Shown: positions 25,034 to 38,013, numbered from the whole stretch's first letter. The stretch: DNA of 61,491 bases, filler included, from Pirum gemmata (GCA_002812295.1; 19 parts of 19 records of this genome joined end to end with filler, not necessarily neighbours in it), one strand, 5' to 3'. Notes: a model not told the origin generated them from the letters alone. Program-made: numbers and translations.

Positions 25034-25463
25034 AGGCATAGATAAGTAGGTGTCTCGTCTACACTCTCTGATCAAAATATCGATATTCTATATTTCGAGT
25101 TGAAATATTCTTTCGAGTCATTATAATAAATAATAAAAAACTTTCGAGCAGGGTTCTATGTACCGAATTAAAGATTGAGAGGACATTATGATCATGATAA
25201 TATTATCTACATTTCGAGTTGAAACATTCTTCGAGTTTTGGGTCAAATTAGAGCTATAGGTATCATCAATATTTAATTTGGTACCGTTTAAGTGTATAAT
25301 TGAACTTTTTTATATAATACAACATTAAGTATAAAATACCAAATTAATATTAATAAGTAATAAATAAATTTCGAGCAGTGTTCGAGCTGGAATACAATGA
25401 AAACAACNNNNNNNNNNNNNNNNNNNNNNNNNNNNNNNNNNNNNNNNNNNNNNNNNNNNNNNN

Positions 25464-25570
25464 GAACAAATAGATAATAAAACATACCAAATTAAATAAA
25501 ATGGATTTATATTATATTAATTTGGTACTATTTATTGTATATTTTATGATGACAAAACAACTGAAAAGCA
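25464..25570 (-). mobile_element. MITE-A partial copy (reverse, cut by gap)
   Basis: Ends ...GATGACAAAACAACTGAAAAGCA. Confidence 0.8.
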
Positions 25571-25608
25571 ATATAATAATAATTACAGTAAGGAATCATT
25601 CATTTATA

Positions 25609-25778
25609 TAAAAAGGACGTCACCTAATCTTACCTATGCCTTTTTTTTGTCCAAAACACTTTTGGTCATAATTTTATAAAGTTCATTTTTATAATTAACT
25701 ACTGCCTAAAACAGTTTAAGTCACACTTTCGGGCAATGACTTCCATCAAAGAATAAGTGACATCCTTTATGAATGTTC
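25609..25778 (+). mobile_element. MITE-B copy
   Basis: AAAGGACGTCACCTAATCTTACC...AAAGAATAAGTGACATCCTTTATG. Confidence 0.8.
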
Positions 25779-25799
25779 ACTTTTCCATCGATGGTCTTA

Positions 25800-26095
25800 T
25801 CGTGCTTTTCAGTTGTTTTGTCATCTGTTGAGGTGTTACTATATTTGGTATTTATATATACATATATGGCATGAGGTAACACCTCATGCCATATATGTAT
25901 ATATAAATACCAAATATACTAACACCTCAACACATCATAAAATATACAATAAATAGTACCAAATTAATATATTATAAATCCATTTAATTTAATTTGGTAT
26001 GTTCTATTATCTATTTGTTCATTTAAAAATGTCAATTTAAATATTATAACCAACCAAATAAATATTCAGAGTGACAAAATAAATGAAAAGCACGA
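25800..26095 (+). mobile_element. MITE-A full copy carrying a nested 107-bp insertion
   Basis: TA|TCGTGCTTTTCA...TGAAAAGCACGA|TA. Length 296 = 185 + 107 + 4-bp TSD. Confidence 0.9.
25826..25932. mobile_element. 107-bp near-perfect hairpin mini-transposon with TGT...ACA ends and 4-bp TSD CATC (Ginger-like)
   Basis: 52-bp arms (25826-25877 and 25881-25932, one mismatch) around a 3-nt loop AAC. CATC sits at 25822-25 and 25933-36, while uninterrupted MITE-A copies have a single CATC. Confidence 0.92.
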
Positions 26096-26806
26096 TATAA
26101 CGTTGTTTTCATTGTATTCCAGCTCGAACACTGCTCGAAATTTATTTGTTACTTATTAATATTAATTTGGTATTTTATACTTAATGTTGTATTATATAAA
26201 AAAGTTCAATTGTACACTTAAACGGTACCAAATTAAATATTGATGATACCTATAGCTCTAATTTGACCCAAAACTCGAAGAATTTTTCAACTCGAAATGT
26301 AGATAATATTATCATGATCATAATAGTATCATAATTATAATTATCGAGATTCAGTGACTCCTATATAAAGCTAGTAGTTAGTAGTAGTAGTGTAGTAGTA
26401 GAGAGCTAGACCGTGACTCTGTGAGTATTAATGAGTATTATCAGCTGTATTTTCTGTAGGTATTTTNNNNNNNNNNNNNNNNNNNNNNNNNNNNNNNNNN
26501 NNNNNNNNNNTTAATTAATTAANNNNNNNNNNNNNNNNNNNNNNNNNNNNNNNNNNNNNNNNNNNNATAATAATAATATAATAATACGATATAATAAAGA
26601 TTATTTTTTATAAGAACTGTGTAAGCTAAGTTGCTCTACTATTAGCTACACAGACTATCATAGTCTAACAGCAGTGAGCTATGATAATATTATACTCTAG
26701 TTCTAGCTAGCTAGCTAGCTAGCTATCGATAGTATCATAGCTAGAGCTAGCTAGCTACTAGCTAGTAGAGTATGATATCATAATAAGATAGAAGATGCGC
26801 CCATGT

Positions 26807-26840
<34 letters not shown>

Positions 26841-26897
26841 ACTATTAAAATCATTTCGCATTATTTTAAATATGCTCGGCCTTACTATGATACTACT

Positions 26898-27026
26898 AAG
26901 CTTGGCCACGCCCCCCAAGCTTTCTAAACGTTAGAAGTCTAGCTAGCTAGGACTAGACTTCTGACTGGGCCGCGAGCATTTCTATTAGTTTTATTTTCGC
27001 GAAATAATGTTGCGCATGCCGGAAAA
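26898..27026. promoter_or_regulatory. GC-rich promoter-like cluster (Sp/KLF-, E2F-, NRF1/ETS-like motifs)
   Basis: GCCACGCCCCCC at 26905-16, TTTCGCGAAA at 26995-27004 and TGCGCATGCCGGAA at 27011-24, near a poly(A) tract. No associated gene is identified. Confidence 0.3.
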
Positions 27027-27092
27027 AAATATCTGATAAAACCGGGGTCCGGTGAGGGGGGGTTAATTATAAAAATAACTTGATAAGCCTAG

Positions 27093-27310
27093 TAGGGGTG
27101 AGATATCTACTGGAACTTTTTTCGAACAGATGCTTATCGAGCCAACCTTAGTTCCGTGTTCTTTACTAATAATAGAAGTTAAATAGCTTAAAATAGTAAA
27201 TCTAATTATAGTAGATACCAATTAAAGTAACAATATTAACATTAATAGTAATAAACAGAAAAGTTCCGGCAGCTGTTCGGTAATAATAAAATGACGTCAT
27301 CTCACCCCTA
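27093..27310. mobile_element. MITE-D, 218 bp, TIR TAGGGGTGAGAT (hAT-like termini)
   Basis: TAGGGGTGAGAT ... ATCTCACCCCTA is a perfect 12-bp inverted repeat; no clear 8-bp TSD. A related element lies at 33548-33781. Confidence 0.6.
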
Positions 27311-27519
27311 CTATAAGCCTCCTTCATGATACTTGTTCCTAGATACTTGTTCCAAGAAATGTACATGAAGCCCTATATTTAGTAATAAAAAGCTGCTATA
27401 TATATATATATTAAGCTAATATATTTCTATTTAAAGAAATAAAAAAGTAACATACAAAAAATTATACAAATTTTGCTATTGAAGATCTTTATATAGTAGT
27501 AAAAGTATATTTTTTTTAG

Positions 27520-27725
27520 ATTTCTTTTACAAAACCTTTAATTATAACAAGCCAAATTATTTTTAAAAACTAGCCATTGGTTCATAATAGAGTTTTATTA
27601 TCCAGACAATTTCTCAACATTTGGTAGTACTTTTATTAAAATTGGACTAGGACCGAGGAGACCGAGGGGTCTGGTTTGAGATTTTTTGGATTTTTGAACT
27701 CATATGGCGGATGCCGCCATTTTTA
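27520..27725 (+). mobile_element. MITE-E partial copy
   Basis: AGCCAAATTATT.TTAAAAACT.GCCATTGGTTCATAA...TAG.ACTTTTATTAAAA...TTTTGA.CTCATATG is shared with 44535-44762 and 57813-58035. Confidence 0.7.
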
Positions 27726-27737
27726 TTTGCGTAGTCT

Positions 27738-27794
<57 letters not shown>

Positions 27795-29046
27795 TAATAA
27801 TAATGATAATGATAATGATAGTAATAACCGTGTAATTATCCAAAACTTGACATGAGAGATAATACCATGCTTGATTATTTAAATATGCACAGAACCAAAC
27901 CAGCAAAGAAAGACTGCGAATTTTCTCATTTTGAAAAATATGTGGGAGAACTGTTTTTTAACACTTTGCGAAGTAAAAACAATAAGAACAAAGTCATATA
28001 TTAATAGTAATAGTAGCAATAATAGTAATACTAATACTAATACTAATACTAATACCAATACTAATACTAATACTAATACTAATACTAATTAATACTAATA
28101 CTAATACTAATACTAATACTAATAATAATACTAATACTAGTACTACTAATACCATTTCTACTACTAACAATAACAATAACAATATTAATATCATTAAAAA
28201 ATAACAATAACAATAACAATAACAATAACAATATTATTAAAAAATAACAATAACAATAACAATAACAATAACAATATTAATAACAATAACAATAACAATT
28301 AATAACAATAACAATAAAAATAACAATAACAATAACAATAACAATAACAATAACAATAACAATAACAATAAAAGTAACAGTAGCATGCATGTGTACGGTA
28401 ACAATAACAATTAACAATAATAATAACAATACCAAAAAAAAATAACAATAATTACAATTACAATAACAATAACAATTACAATAACAACAACAATAACAAA
28501 TAACAATAACAAATAACAATAACAATAACAATAACAATGCCAATGCCAATAACAATAACAATTAATAACAATAACAATAACAATAACAATACCAATGCCA
28601 ATAACAATAACATTATTAATAACAATAACAATTACTTTGTAAAGCATGTAAAAAATCTGTTCATAATCGAGTTGATTCTAAAGATTAATCGATTTACGTG
28701 GATACTGATCTATTCTGTATTAATAACACTTCATGCCATAAAACTTGAAAGCTTGAAATTAAATGTTTGTGGAAACAAATTGGTGATTATCGTGATGAAT
28801 AATAAGTTTTCAAACTAGGTGTTATAGCTTGTTTATTATTATTATTATAATTATTATTGTATCATACCATAAATAAAAAATAAATGTGATGCAATAAGTA
28901 ATAATATAAATCAAATATGTAGCTAAATATGTGCAATATATATTTTTTAAAAAATTTAGTGGTATTTTGCAAATGTGCATGAAAAAAGTATGAAAAAAGT
29001 ATGAAAAAACAGTGAAAAAACTATGGAAAAACATGAAAAAATATGG

Positions 29047-29083
<37 letters not shown>

Positions 29084-29656
29084 AAAAAAAAAAAAAAAAG
29101 GGGGGATATTTAATAATCATACTTTGGGCAAGGATCATGGTGTGGGTGCGGGTTGAAATTGAAGTTGAAGGTAAGGTTGAGGTGATAAATGATGAATGAT
29201 AATGAAAACGCTAATAGAAAAGGTCAATCTATAAAAATAGAAAATGTTCACAGCTAATAAAAAAAACGGATTCAAAGGTTACATACTTTTAAAATTGATA
29301 ACGTGTTTTTTACGGATTTAGGATTTGCACTATCTCGAACGCGATTTACTAATAAACAAAACGGAATACCTGTTAAATTACTGTTGCTATTTAAAACCTA
29401 TAAATATATATATATATATGTGTGTGTATGTGTGTGTGCGTATGTTGTGTGTGTGTGTGNNNNNNNNNNNNNNNNNNNNNNNNNNNNNNNNNNNNNNNNN
29501 NNNTTAATTAATTAANNNNNNNNNNNNNNNNNNNNNNNNNNNNNNNNNNNNNNNNNNNNAATTTGGTACTTTTTATTGTATATTTTATGATGACAAAACA
29601 AATGAAAAGCACTATTAATATATTATTATAAAAGTTTTCGGTTTCTTGTCCAATAT

Positions 29657-29830
29657 GGAATCATCCATAAAGGACGTCACCTAATCTTACCTTACTTATG
29701 TCTCTTGCCCAAAACACTTTTGGTCATAATTTTAACGTTTATGTTAATAATTAATTTCTGCCTAAAACAATTTAAGGCACACTTTCGAGCAATGACTTCT
29801 ATCAAAGAATAAGTGACGTCCTTTATGATG
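29657..29830 (+). mobile_element. MITE-B, ~170 bp, Harbinger-like TIR CATAAAGGACGTCAC
   Basis: CATAAAGGACGTCAC ... GTGACGTCCTTTATG is a perfect 15-bp inverted repeat. Three copies in the window; preceded by a MITE-A end at 29560-29612. Confidence 0.8.
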
Positions 29831-30500
29831 ATGATGACGCATAATTTATGTTCATTTATGTTTGAAAATGAAAAAACCTGATGATGAAAAAACAAGAATA
29901 AGAAGTAAAAAATTTAGGTTTAGTAAAAAAATCTAGATAGTCTAGATTTACTTTTTATTAACTTAGTTTGGCTTTTGTGGGATTAAAGTGACCATCTAGC
30001 AAAAAAAAAAAAATGTTTATAGAATAGGTAAAATGATGCTATGAAGAAAATTCAATAACAAAGTTTGCTTGTTTCAAGTTTTAACCTCTTTATTAGCTTC
30101 CAATAAATTGATTTATGACATATTTATTTTTGAATTATCATAATAAAATAAAATAAAAACAATAATTTCTAAAGAAAAAAGTTTTGTGCTGATAAAAAAG
30201 ATAATTGGCTAATACTTTGTAAATTTTAATTTTTAAATTCAATTTATTACTATATTTAGTGGCTAGTAAATCCTGTTTGTTAATCTGCCCTAAATGCAGT
30301 CTAAATTCACCATATATAGGTCTATATTCTCCAGTCTAAATTCTACAATACTAAATTTAGGAATAAATTTGTTAATTTTCAGAAAATTTACTGCCCGCAA
30401 CTCCAACTCTCCAAGGCATTAGAATCAATCAGTGTAGTCTCCTGGTATGACTGGTTTGCATTACTACTGAAACTGTAAAAAATGATATTATTCCAATTAT

Positions 30501-30589
30501 CCTAACCCTAACCCTAACCCTAACCCTCCTAACCCTAACCCTAACCCTAACCCTAACCCTAACCCTAACCCTAACCCTAACCCTAACCC
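30501..30589. repeat. Interstitial telomeric repeat (CCCTAA)n, about 14 units
   Basis: Direct reading; internal to the contig. Confidence 0.9.
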
Positions 30590-31585
30590 ATTAGAGAAAG
30601 TACAGAAAAAAAAGACGATGGAATAAATAATTAATTATGAAAAATTGACAAAATCATAAACAGAAAAAAGAAACCATCAATGATCGAAAATCCTCAAAAG
30701 TCATGACTAAGAAAGCTAACTGGCATTACAATAAGCAAAATTAATAACTCTGCAAAATTTAATGTTACTTTTCAGAAGAACTAGTTGAAGATAAAAATTG
30801 AATATCAAATATTTAATCATAGATAATCTTGTCAAAAATAATAATTAACTGCAACACTTAATTAACATCAAGAAGCTGCATGATAATACTGCGATTACAA
30901 TATTAATGGTATGCTAAAACCAAATATTAATATTATATAAATTAATAACAATATAACACCGAAACAATATTTGGTACGAATTTTAAAAACAAATTATAAT
31001 GAATAGGAATATACAAAAACTACAGTACAATTGCATAATTAATATTATTATATTCATATTATATCATAGCATAACACAGTATTGTATCCAAGATATTATA
31101 TCAAATTATCAATTTGCACATTAATAATTTGAATAATGAAGCAAATCAACAAAACTTGTAATGTAATTATTAAATAATCTACTTATATTATATAATAAAC
31201 TACTGCTTANAAGAATATAAGAATATAAGAATATAAGAATATAAGAATATAAGAATATAAGAATATAAGAATATAAGAATATAAGAATATAAGAATATAA
31301 GTATATGCTGTTTTTGGTTGTGATGAGGGTTGCAACAAAGATGTTGATGATGAGAATGTGAGAATATAATGTTTAGAAGACCGTAGATAGTAAAGAGATG
31401 GTGTCGCACAGTGTGATTAGTTTATGGTTGATGTTGAATAAGGTTTATAAGAAAGTAAGTTAAGTGTTTGTGAACATGATATACCTGGGTGTCATTTATT
31501 GCTGGGTTCAAATATTTATGAGGGTTTTATTATAGTTTAGTTAATCTACATCCGTTAGTCTTCAAACGGATAGTAGCGATGTTGA

Positions 31586-32335
31586 TACTGGTTGTATTGT
31601 GTTTCAGAGTATCCATGTGGTGGGGATGTTAGTGAAAACAACTTGGCTAATGCTGTAATTGCTAGTGAGAGCAATGCAGTTGGTAATGTGGTTACTAGTG
31701 AAAGTAACATAATTACTGGTGAAAGCAATGCTAGTGAGAGCAATGCAGTTGGTAATGTGGTTACTAGTGAAAGTAACATAATTACTGGTGAAAGCTAGTG
31801 AAAGCAATGCAAGTGATAATGTGCTGTAGTTGCTAGTGAGAGCAATGCAGTTGGTAATGTGGTTACTAATGAAAGTAGCATGATTGCTAGTGAAAGCAAT
31901 GTAGTTGTTGGTGAAAACAACTTGGTTAACGCTGTAGTTGCTAGTGAGAGCAATACAGTTGATAATGTGGTTCCTAGTGAAAGTAAAGAGCCGGTCTGGT
32001 TGTATCGTGATTCAACGTATCCCATGTGGTGGGGATGTGAGTGTAAAATTTATTGCGTGTGCGAATGCAGGTGATAATGTGGTTACTAATGAAAGTAGCG
32101 TGATTGCTAGTGAAAGCAATGTCGTTGAATAATATGGTTACTAGTGAGAGTAACGTGTTTGCTAGTGAAATTAATGTAGTTGTTGGTGAAAACAACTTGG
32201 TTAATGCTGTAGTTGCTAGTGAGAGCAATGCAGTTGGCAATGTGGTTACTAGTGAAAGTGACATAATTGCTGGTGAAAGCAATGCTAGTGAGAGCAATGC
32301 AGGTGATAATGTGGGTGTTACTAATGAGAGTAATA
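31586..32335. repeat. Minisatellite of (G/A)CTAGTGA(A/G)AG(C/T)AA-based units with a higher-order ~410-bp duplication
   Basis: Many units translate as ASESN/TSESN on + and LLSLA/LLSLV on -. The anchor GTATCC(C)ATGTGGTGGGGATGT occurs at ~31609 and ~32017. Confidence 0.85.
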
Positions 32336-32786
32336 CTGTTTTAGTGGGCAATGGTGTGTTAAATATTCATTCTAAGTTTTTTCATGTGGGAAAGGCTAAG
32401 ATGCTGGGATGGGCTACTTGATGTATTGTGTTTAATACTAAGTGATATTAATGTTTGTTTGGATACTGTGGGGTGTAAAACTGTAAATAGGCTTGTGTAA
32501 GTTCTATGTTTATAAGGCTAGTGTAAGTCCTTTGTGTGTATGGTATTGGGTGATATCAGTTTGTTTGTATATTACTGTTTGGTAACAAGTTTATAAGTTT
32601 GGAAAAGGGTTTTGTTTTACCTTCTGATGAAGTGGTAAAAGATTATAAATTGTTTGTTGATAAGAAGAGTTTTAGTTCGAGGATTACTAGACTTAGAGCT
32701 GAATGATTTAGAATATCAGGAGTCATGGTTATTGGCTTATGCTGACGTTTCGTTTGGTTTTTAATACTTTGTATTAAAGGTGGGGA

Positions 32787-32834
32787 TGTTGAGGTTTTAC
32801 TATATTTGGTATTTATATATACATATATGGCATG
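32787..32834. mobile_element. Single arm of the 107-bp hairpin element
   Basis: TGTTGAGGTTTTACTATATTTGGTATTTATATATACATATATGGCATG, 47/48 identical to 25826-25873, on a different contig. Confidence 0.85.
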
Positions 32835-32980
32835 TATAGTTTTGCTGTTGTTGAAGTTTTTACTTGTTGGCTAGTGGTATTTAAATAAACTTGCTTGTTA
32901 ACTTATTATGATTGTATTTATATATGTTTATGTATAATTTATGGTTTATAGTCATGATTTGTTAGCAAAGCTAACACATT

Positions 32981-33373
32981 ATAAAATATACAATAAATTA
33001 ATACAATAAAAGTACATTTCGTTTAATTTGGTACATATTATTATCTATTTATTTATTTAAAAATGACAATTTAAATATTATAACTAGCCAAATAAGTATT
33101 CAGTGACAATATAAATGAAAAGCATAGAGGTCTAATAACCAAACCTCTGGTTCTATCATTGTATCATAACTGGTTTGATAGTCTATTGTGCTTTTCATTT
33201 ATTTTATCACTCCAAATATTTATTTGGTTGGTTATAATATTTAAATGGATACTTTTAAATAAATAAATATATAATAAATTATACCAAATTAAATGAAATG
33301 GATTTCCATTGTATTAATTTGATACTATTTATTGTATATTATTTTATAATGACAAAACAACTGAAAAGCACTA
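32981..33373. mobile_element. Two MITE-A copies in inverted orientation (32981-33124 forward partial; 33186-33373 reverse full)
   Basis: ...AAATGAAAAGCA, a ~60-bp spacer, then TTGTGCTTTTCATTT...CAACTGAAAAGCAC. Confidence 0.85.
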
Positions 33374-33547
33374 CACCGATACAACCCCCAAAAACGGCAC
33401 CGGCTAGTAGGGAGCGTTCAACAAGGACGTTCTCCAAATGGGTACGTAGGTAGTATTGGAATTTCATAACAAATTATATGACCGTGGGTAGCATTTTCAG
33501 AAGAAGACATCATTTTTAAAAGACATGCCTTATATATGCCTTACACT

Positions 33548-33781
33548 AGGAGGATGAGATGACGTCATCTTATCAATTGGATGCTCGGACCGGCGAACTT
33601 CCAGAAATTTGCCTAAAGTTACTATAAATAGTATAATAAATTCTTTATAAAGTAGCTACTTAAATAAGTAGCTACTAAAAAAATAATTACAAATACTAAA
33701 TATGGTAAGGCGAAACAGGCCAACAACATTTACTTTGTGCCTCGGTCAAAAAAGTTCGCCATAAGAGTTCTCACCCCTCCT
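33548..33781. mobile_element. MITE-D-related element
   Basis: AGGAGGATGAGATGACGTCAT ... AAAAAAGTTC...TCTCACCCCTCCT; the ends mirror 27093-27310 in reverse. Confidence 0.5.
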
Positions 33782-34221
33782 CTTACACTCTTTTTATTAT
33801 ATTTAGGACATAGTAAATACATTTAGGGCATGGTAAAATTTAACCCTACTATTTTTCAAAAATGACTATGATAGGAAAATCTCAAAACGACGAAAAGTGA
33901 CCCAGGGGGTATAATATAGAGGCCTGTTGGAAAAATACAAGACAAGGACTTCAACTTTTTTTGAAGTCCATCATAAGGGTAAAAAAAAGAACTTCAAAAA
34001 AATCTTTTTTTTTGGAAGTAGACTAGCTAGTCTAGACTACACCAAGCTTGAGTACACCCAGAAAAAAGCAAGAAGACATAAATAAAAAAGCTAGGTCAAT
34101 AATAATAATAATAATAATAATNNNNNNNNNNNNNNNNNNNNNNNNNNNNNNNNNNNNNNNNNNNNTTAATTAATTAANNNNNNNNNNNNNNNNNNNNNNN
34201 NNNNNNNNNNNNNNNNNNNNN

Positions 34222-34274
34222 GTTAGGGTTAGGGTTAGGGGTTAGGGGTTAGGGGTTAGTGTTAGGGTTTAGGG
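34222..34274. repeat. Telomeric-type repeat (TTAGGG/TTAGGGG)n at contig start
   Basis: The G-rich strand reads into the contig, so this is not a native chromosome-end orientation. Confidence 0.85.
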
Positions 34275-34615
34275 TAGTCTCAGTTTCTGTTACAGTTTTT
34301 TACTAGTAAATTCTATCAATCGTTCATACAATTTAATTTGTTGTCAATTAGCTGTTGACTAGATTGGTGGTTAGTGCCAATTCTCTCAGTCTCAACAATG
34401 TCATGTGGAAATCTTCTTAATTTCAGAATCACCCATGTTTTACTTTTTGCACTAGTACTACTATTATTGCCACATTAATCATTTTATGTTACTTTCTAAT
34501 TTCATGTTACTTTCTAATAATACCATAACCCTAACCTACCTAAGTCTAACTGGAAATAAATTATTTTTAATGACTATAGTAAAGGTTTAATAGAACTAGA
34601 GTACTGTATGGTATG

Positions 34616-34646
<31 letters not shown>

Positions 34647-36093
34647 CAACAAACAACAAACAACAAACAACAAACAACAAACAACAAACAACAAACAAAA
34701 AACAACAAANAACAACACACAACAACAAACAACACAACAACAAACAACAAAAAACAAACAACAAACAACAAAACAACAAAACAATAAAACAACAAAACAA
34801 CACACAACAAAACAACAAAAAACAAAAAACAAAAAACAACAAACAACAACAAACTACACCCAAACACCAAACAACAACTTACAACAACAAACGAAACAAT
34901 CATCAGCAACAAAAATAAATAATAAACAAAAAACAACAAACAACAAACAACAAACAAAAAAAAACAAACAACAAACAACAAACAACAAACAACAAACAAC
35001 AAACAACAAACAACAAATAACAAACAACAACTTAAATAGCAAACAACAACGAATAATAATTAATGTTAATAAACTATATAGTTATAATAATGATAACAAT
35101 GATAATGACAATAAAATAGTGGTATAAATTTTAATATTAATAAACGAAAATATATGACAATGAACATTTACAATTAATAACAAGAATAATAAGAATAATA
35201 AGAATAGTAATAGTTCCTAATAATACCACTAACTAAATTTTTAACGTTGAAAATATAAATAAGTCTTGGGAAAACTCCAGAAAGATCTCTTTAAATTTGT
35301 TTTTGTTTATTATTTATTGCATAATATTATGTCAATGTTTGCCTTTCCAATTCTTGTAAATTATTATTCAAATTCATCATAAACAGAATAATTATTGTTG
35401 TTTTTGTAATAATACTTATTAATATATATATATATATATATATATGCACTCTGTTATTTTTACTGTTACAGTTGTTATCATTATCATTATCTTATACGTA
35501 ATTATAATGTTTATGATTATCATTATATCATTACCATTATCGATATCATTAACCGTTACCATTACCATTACCATTACCATTATCATTATTGTTATTAATA
35601 TCATTAATAATATCAATTAATATCATATGCATTATCATTCTGCTTTAGCAAATTGTATTATCATCATTATGCATAGCAATTAGTAATTATATATTATATA
35701 TTATTATTATTTATTATTATTAGATTATATTTCCTAAAGTCCAGAATTCGCACATTTATCACTTTTTATCGCATAAAGTGTCTATAATATTTTATTTATA
35801 AATTAGTTTTTTTATTTAGGTGTTGTTATTGTTATTGACAGAGCAGGCAGCGTAGACGGCAATATTGTTTTATTCAGGGTTAGTACCCCCCTACCTCACC
35901 TCCCCAACAACAAAGGAAATCTACGAGTCAGAAAATTTCAGATTAGGTTAGGATTATAAATGTAATACCACCTCGTTAATCGATTTTTGAGTTTTAATTA
36001 ATTAACATTATAATAACATTCAATATGATTATGTAAAGACCAATTTGGATTTTTCAGATAATGTTTAATTGTTACACCTAGTCAGTGACACTA

Positions 36094-36191
36094 AGGGTTA
36101 GGGTTAGGGTTAGGGGCCAGAGTGGTTAGGGTTAGGGTTAGGGTTAGGGTTAGGGTTAGGGTAAGGGTTAGGGTTAGGCTAGGGTAAGGGT
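36094..36191. repeat. Interstitial telomeric repeat (TTAGGG)n
   Basis: About 13 units with variants. Confidence 0.9.
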
Positions 36192-36244
36192 GAGTGTGAG
36201 TGTGAGGGTGAAGGAAGACCTTGTTAGGATAAAAAGATAATTAT

Positions 36245-36415
36245 GTCATAATATAACATTATAATTATTATAAAGAGCACCAAATTAATACAATATAAAT
36301 CCATTAAATTTAATTAGGTATATTTTGTTATCTATTTATTCATTTAAAAATGTCAACTTTTAAAGGTTATAACCTACCAAATAATATTCAGAGTGATAAA
36401 ATAAATGAAAAGCAC
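36245..36415 (+). mobile_element. MITE-A copy (5' eroded)
   Basis: ...CACCAAATTAATACAATATAAATCCATT...GAGTGATAAAATAAATGAAAAGCAC. Confidence 0.8.
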
Positions 36416-37378
36416 ATTTTCATACATGAATGTAAAAACATGAGACCTACCTACTACTGGACATGTCTCATGGAGTCCTCTCATGGTAAAAATATGATAT
36501 AAATAAATAATATTACTGATTTATTTATTAAATTTTGATGATTTATTTTATTTGACGTTTTTAGATGTATTTAGGAAGTTTTAGCTAGCTAGCTAGTAAC
36601 TGGTGTTTTTCACTTCTTTTCCTCTTATTTTTTTTTCATTTTTTCACTTTTTTTCCTCTTATTTTTTTTTTCATTTTTTCACAGCCGCTTTCTGAGTCGG
36701 AAATTCTGACATTTTTTGGGTTTTTGCAAGGGCTTTTTACACTCTTTTTACACTTCTTACTGACTTTTTGAAGTCCTTGGTTTTTGGCAAGGAGTTCATT
36801 ATGAACTCCTTGCAGTCTCCTTGCCAGAATCTCCTTAGTTTTCATCACAGTTTTTATTGGGTTTTATTCGGCTTGGTTATTTTGTATGTTTTGTGTGTGT
36901 TTTTCAAATTTTCACTATGTTTTTCATTTTTTTTTTTTTTTGTCTTATTTTTTTTTCATTTTTTCACTAAGCCAGGCCGTGATTCCTAAACCAAACCAAA
37001 TGCTGCAAGTACTATCATAAGTCTAACCTTAACAAATATTATATATTATATAGGTTTTATCTTTATGATGCATAAGTGCATAAGTGTATAAGATTGAAGT
37101 AATAANNNNNNNNNNNNNNNNNNNNNNNNNNNNNNNNNNNNNNNNNNNNTTAATTAATTAANNNNNNNNNNNNNNNNNNNNNNNNNNNNNNNNNNNNNNN
37201 NNNNNATAATAATAATAATAATAGTAATAATAGTAATAAAAAAAAATGAATTTATTGTAATAAATTTAAAACCCTACTCTAACATATCATAATAAAACGA
37301 TAATAAAAAAAAGATAATTTTTAAAAAATTAAAATAATAATAATTAGTATAACTATAAATCATAATACAAATATAAAA

Positions 37379-37964
37379 ATGGCTTTAAATGCTAATAATA
37401 AATGTGTAACAGGTTGTGGAAAACACCCAAGTTATAATTACCCTGGAGAGACTAAAAGATTATATTGTACTAAATGTAAACTATCTGGTATGGTTGACTT
37501 AAAAAACCCAAAATGTAAAGGAGCAGATTGTAAAAAATATCCTAACTATAACTATCCAGGAAAAACACGTCGAAAATATTGTAGCAAATGCAAGAAACCA
37601 GGCATGCAGAATGTTAAGCATAATCAAAAACATTTCAAAGAACTATTACAACAAAAGAAAAATAAAGAACTACTGACTCCCAACGGGAGCCCTACGTCAA
37701 GTCCTGTTATAAGTCCAATTTCTAGTCCTTCTTATATTGAAGAAAAAGAGTTTTCATATCCTTCATCACCAGAGGCTTACAATAATTATGAAATACAATA
37801 CCAACACCAATACGAACTACAATACTACGAACAACAGAAATACGAACCCTATCGCGGATACGAAAATAATCATCATCACCAACACCAACACGTACAACAA
37901 TATTCACACTATAATCAACTTCAAAAGTTACAACAACACCAACAACACCAACAACAACAACACC

Positions 37965-38013
<49 letters not shown>

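Noticed and set aside
27822..27935. Short words reminiscent of 18S rRNA (ATAACCGTG.TAATT, ACTGCGAA..CTCATT)
   Set aside because: They are in the wrong order and the surrounding sequence does not match rRNA.
36636..36848. Lys-rich 70-aa ORF
   Set aside because: Arises from T-tract-rich, promoter-like DNA containing the CAAGGA palindrome; no domain evidence.
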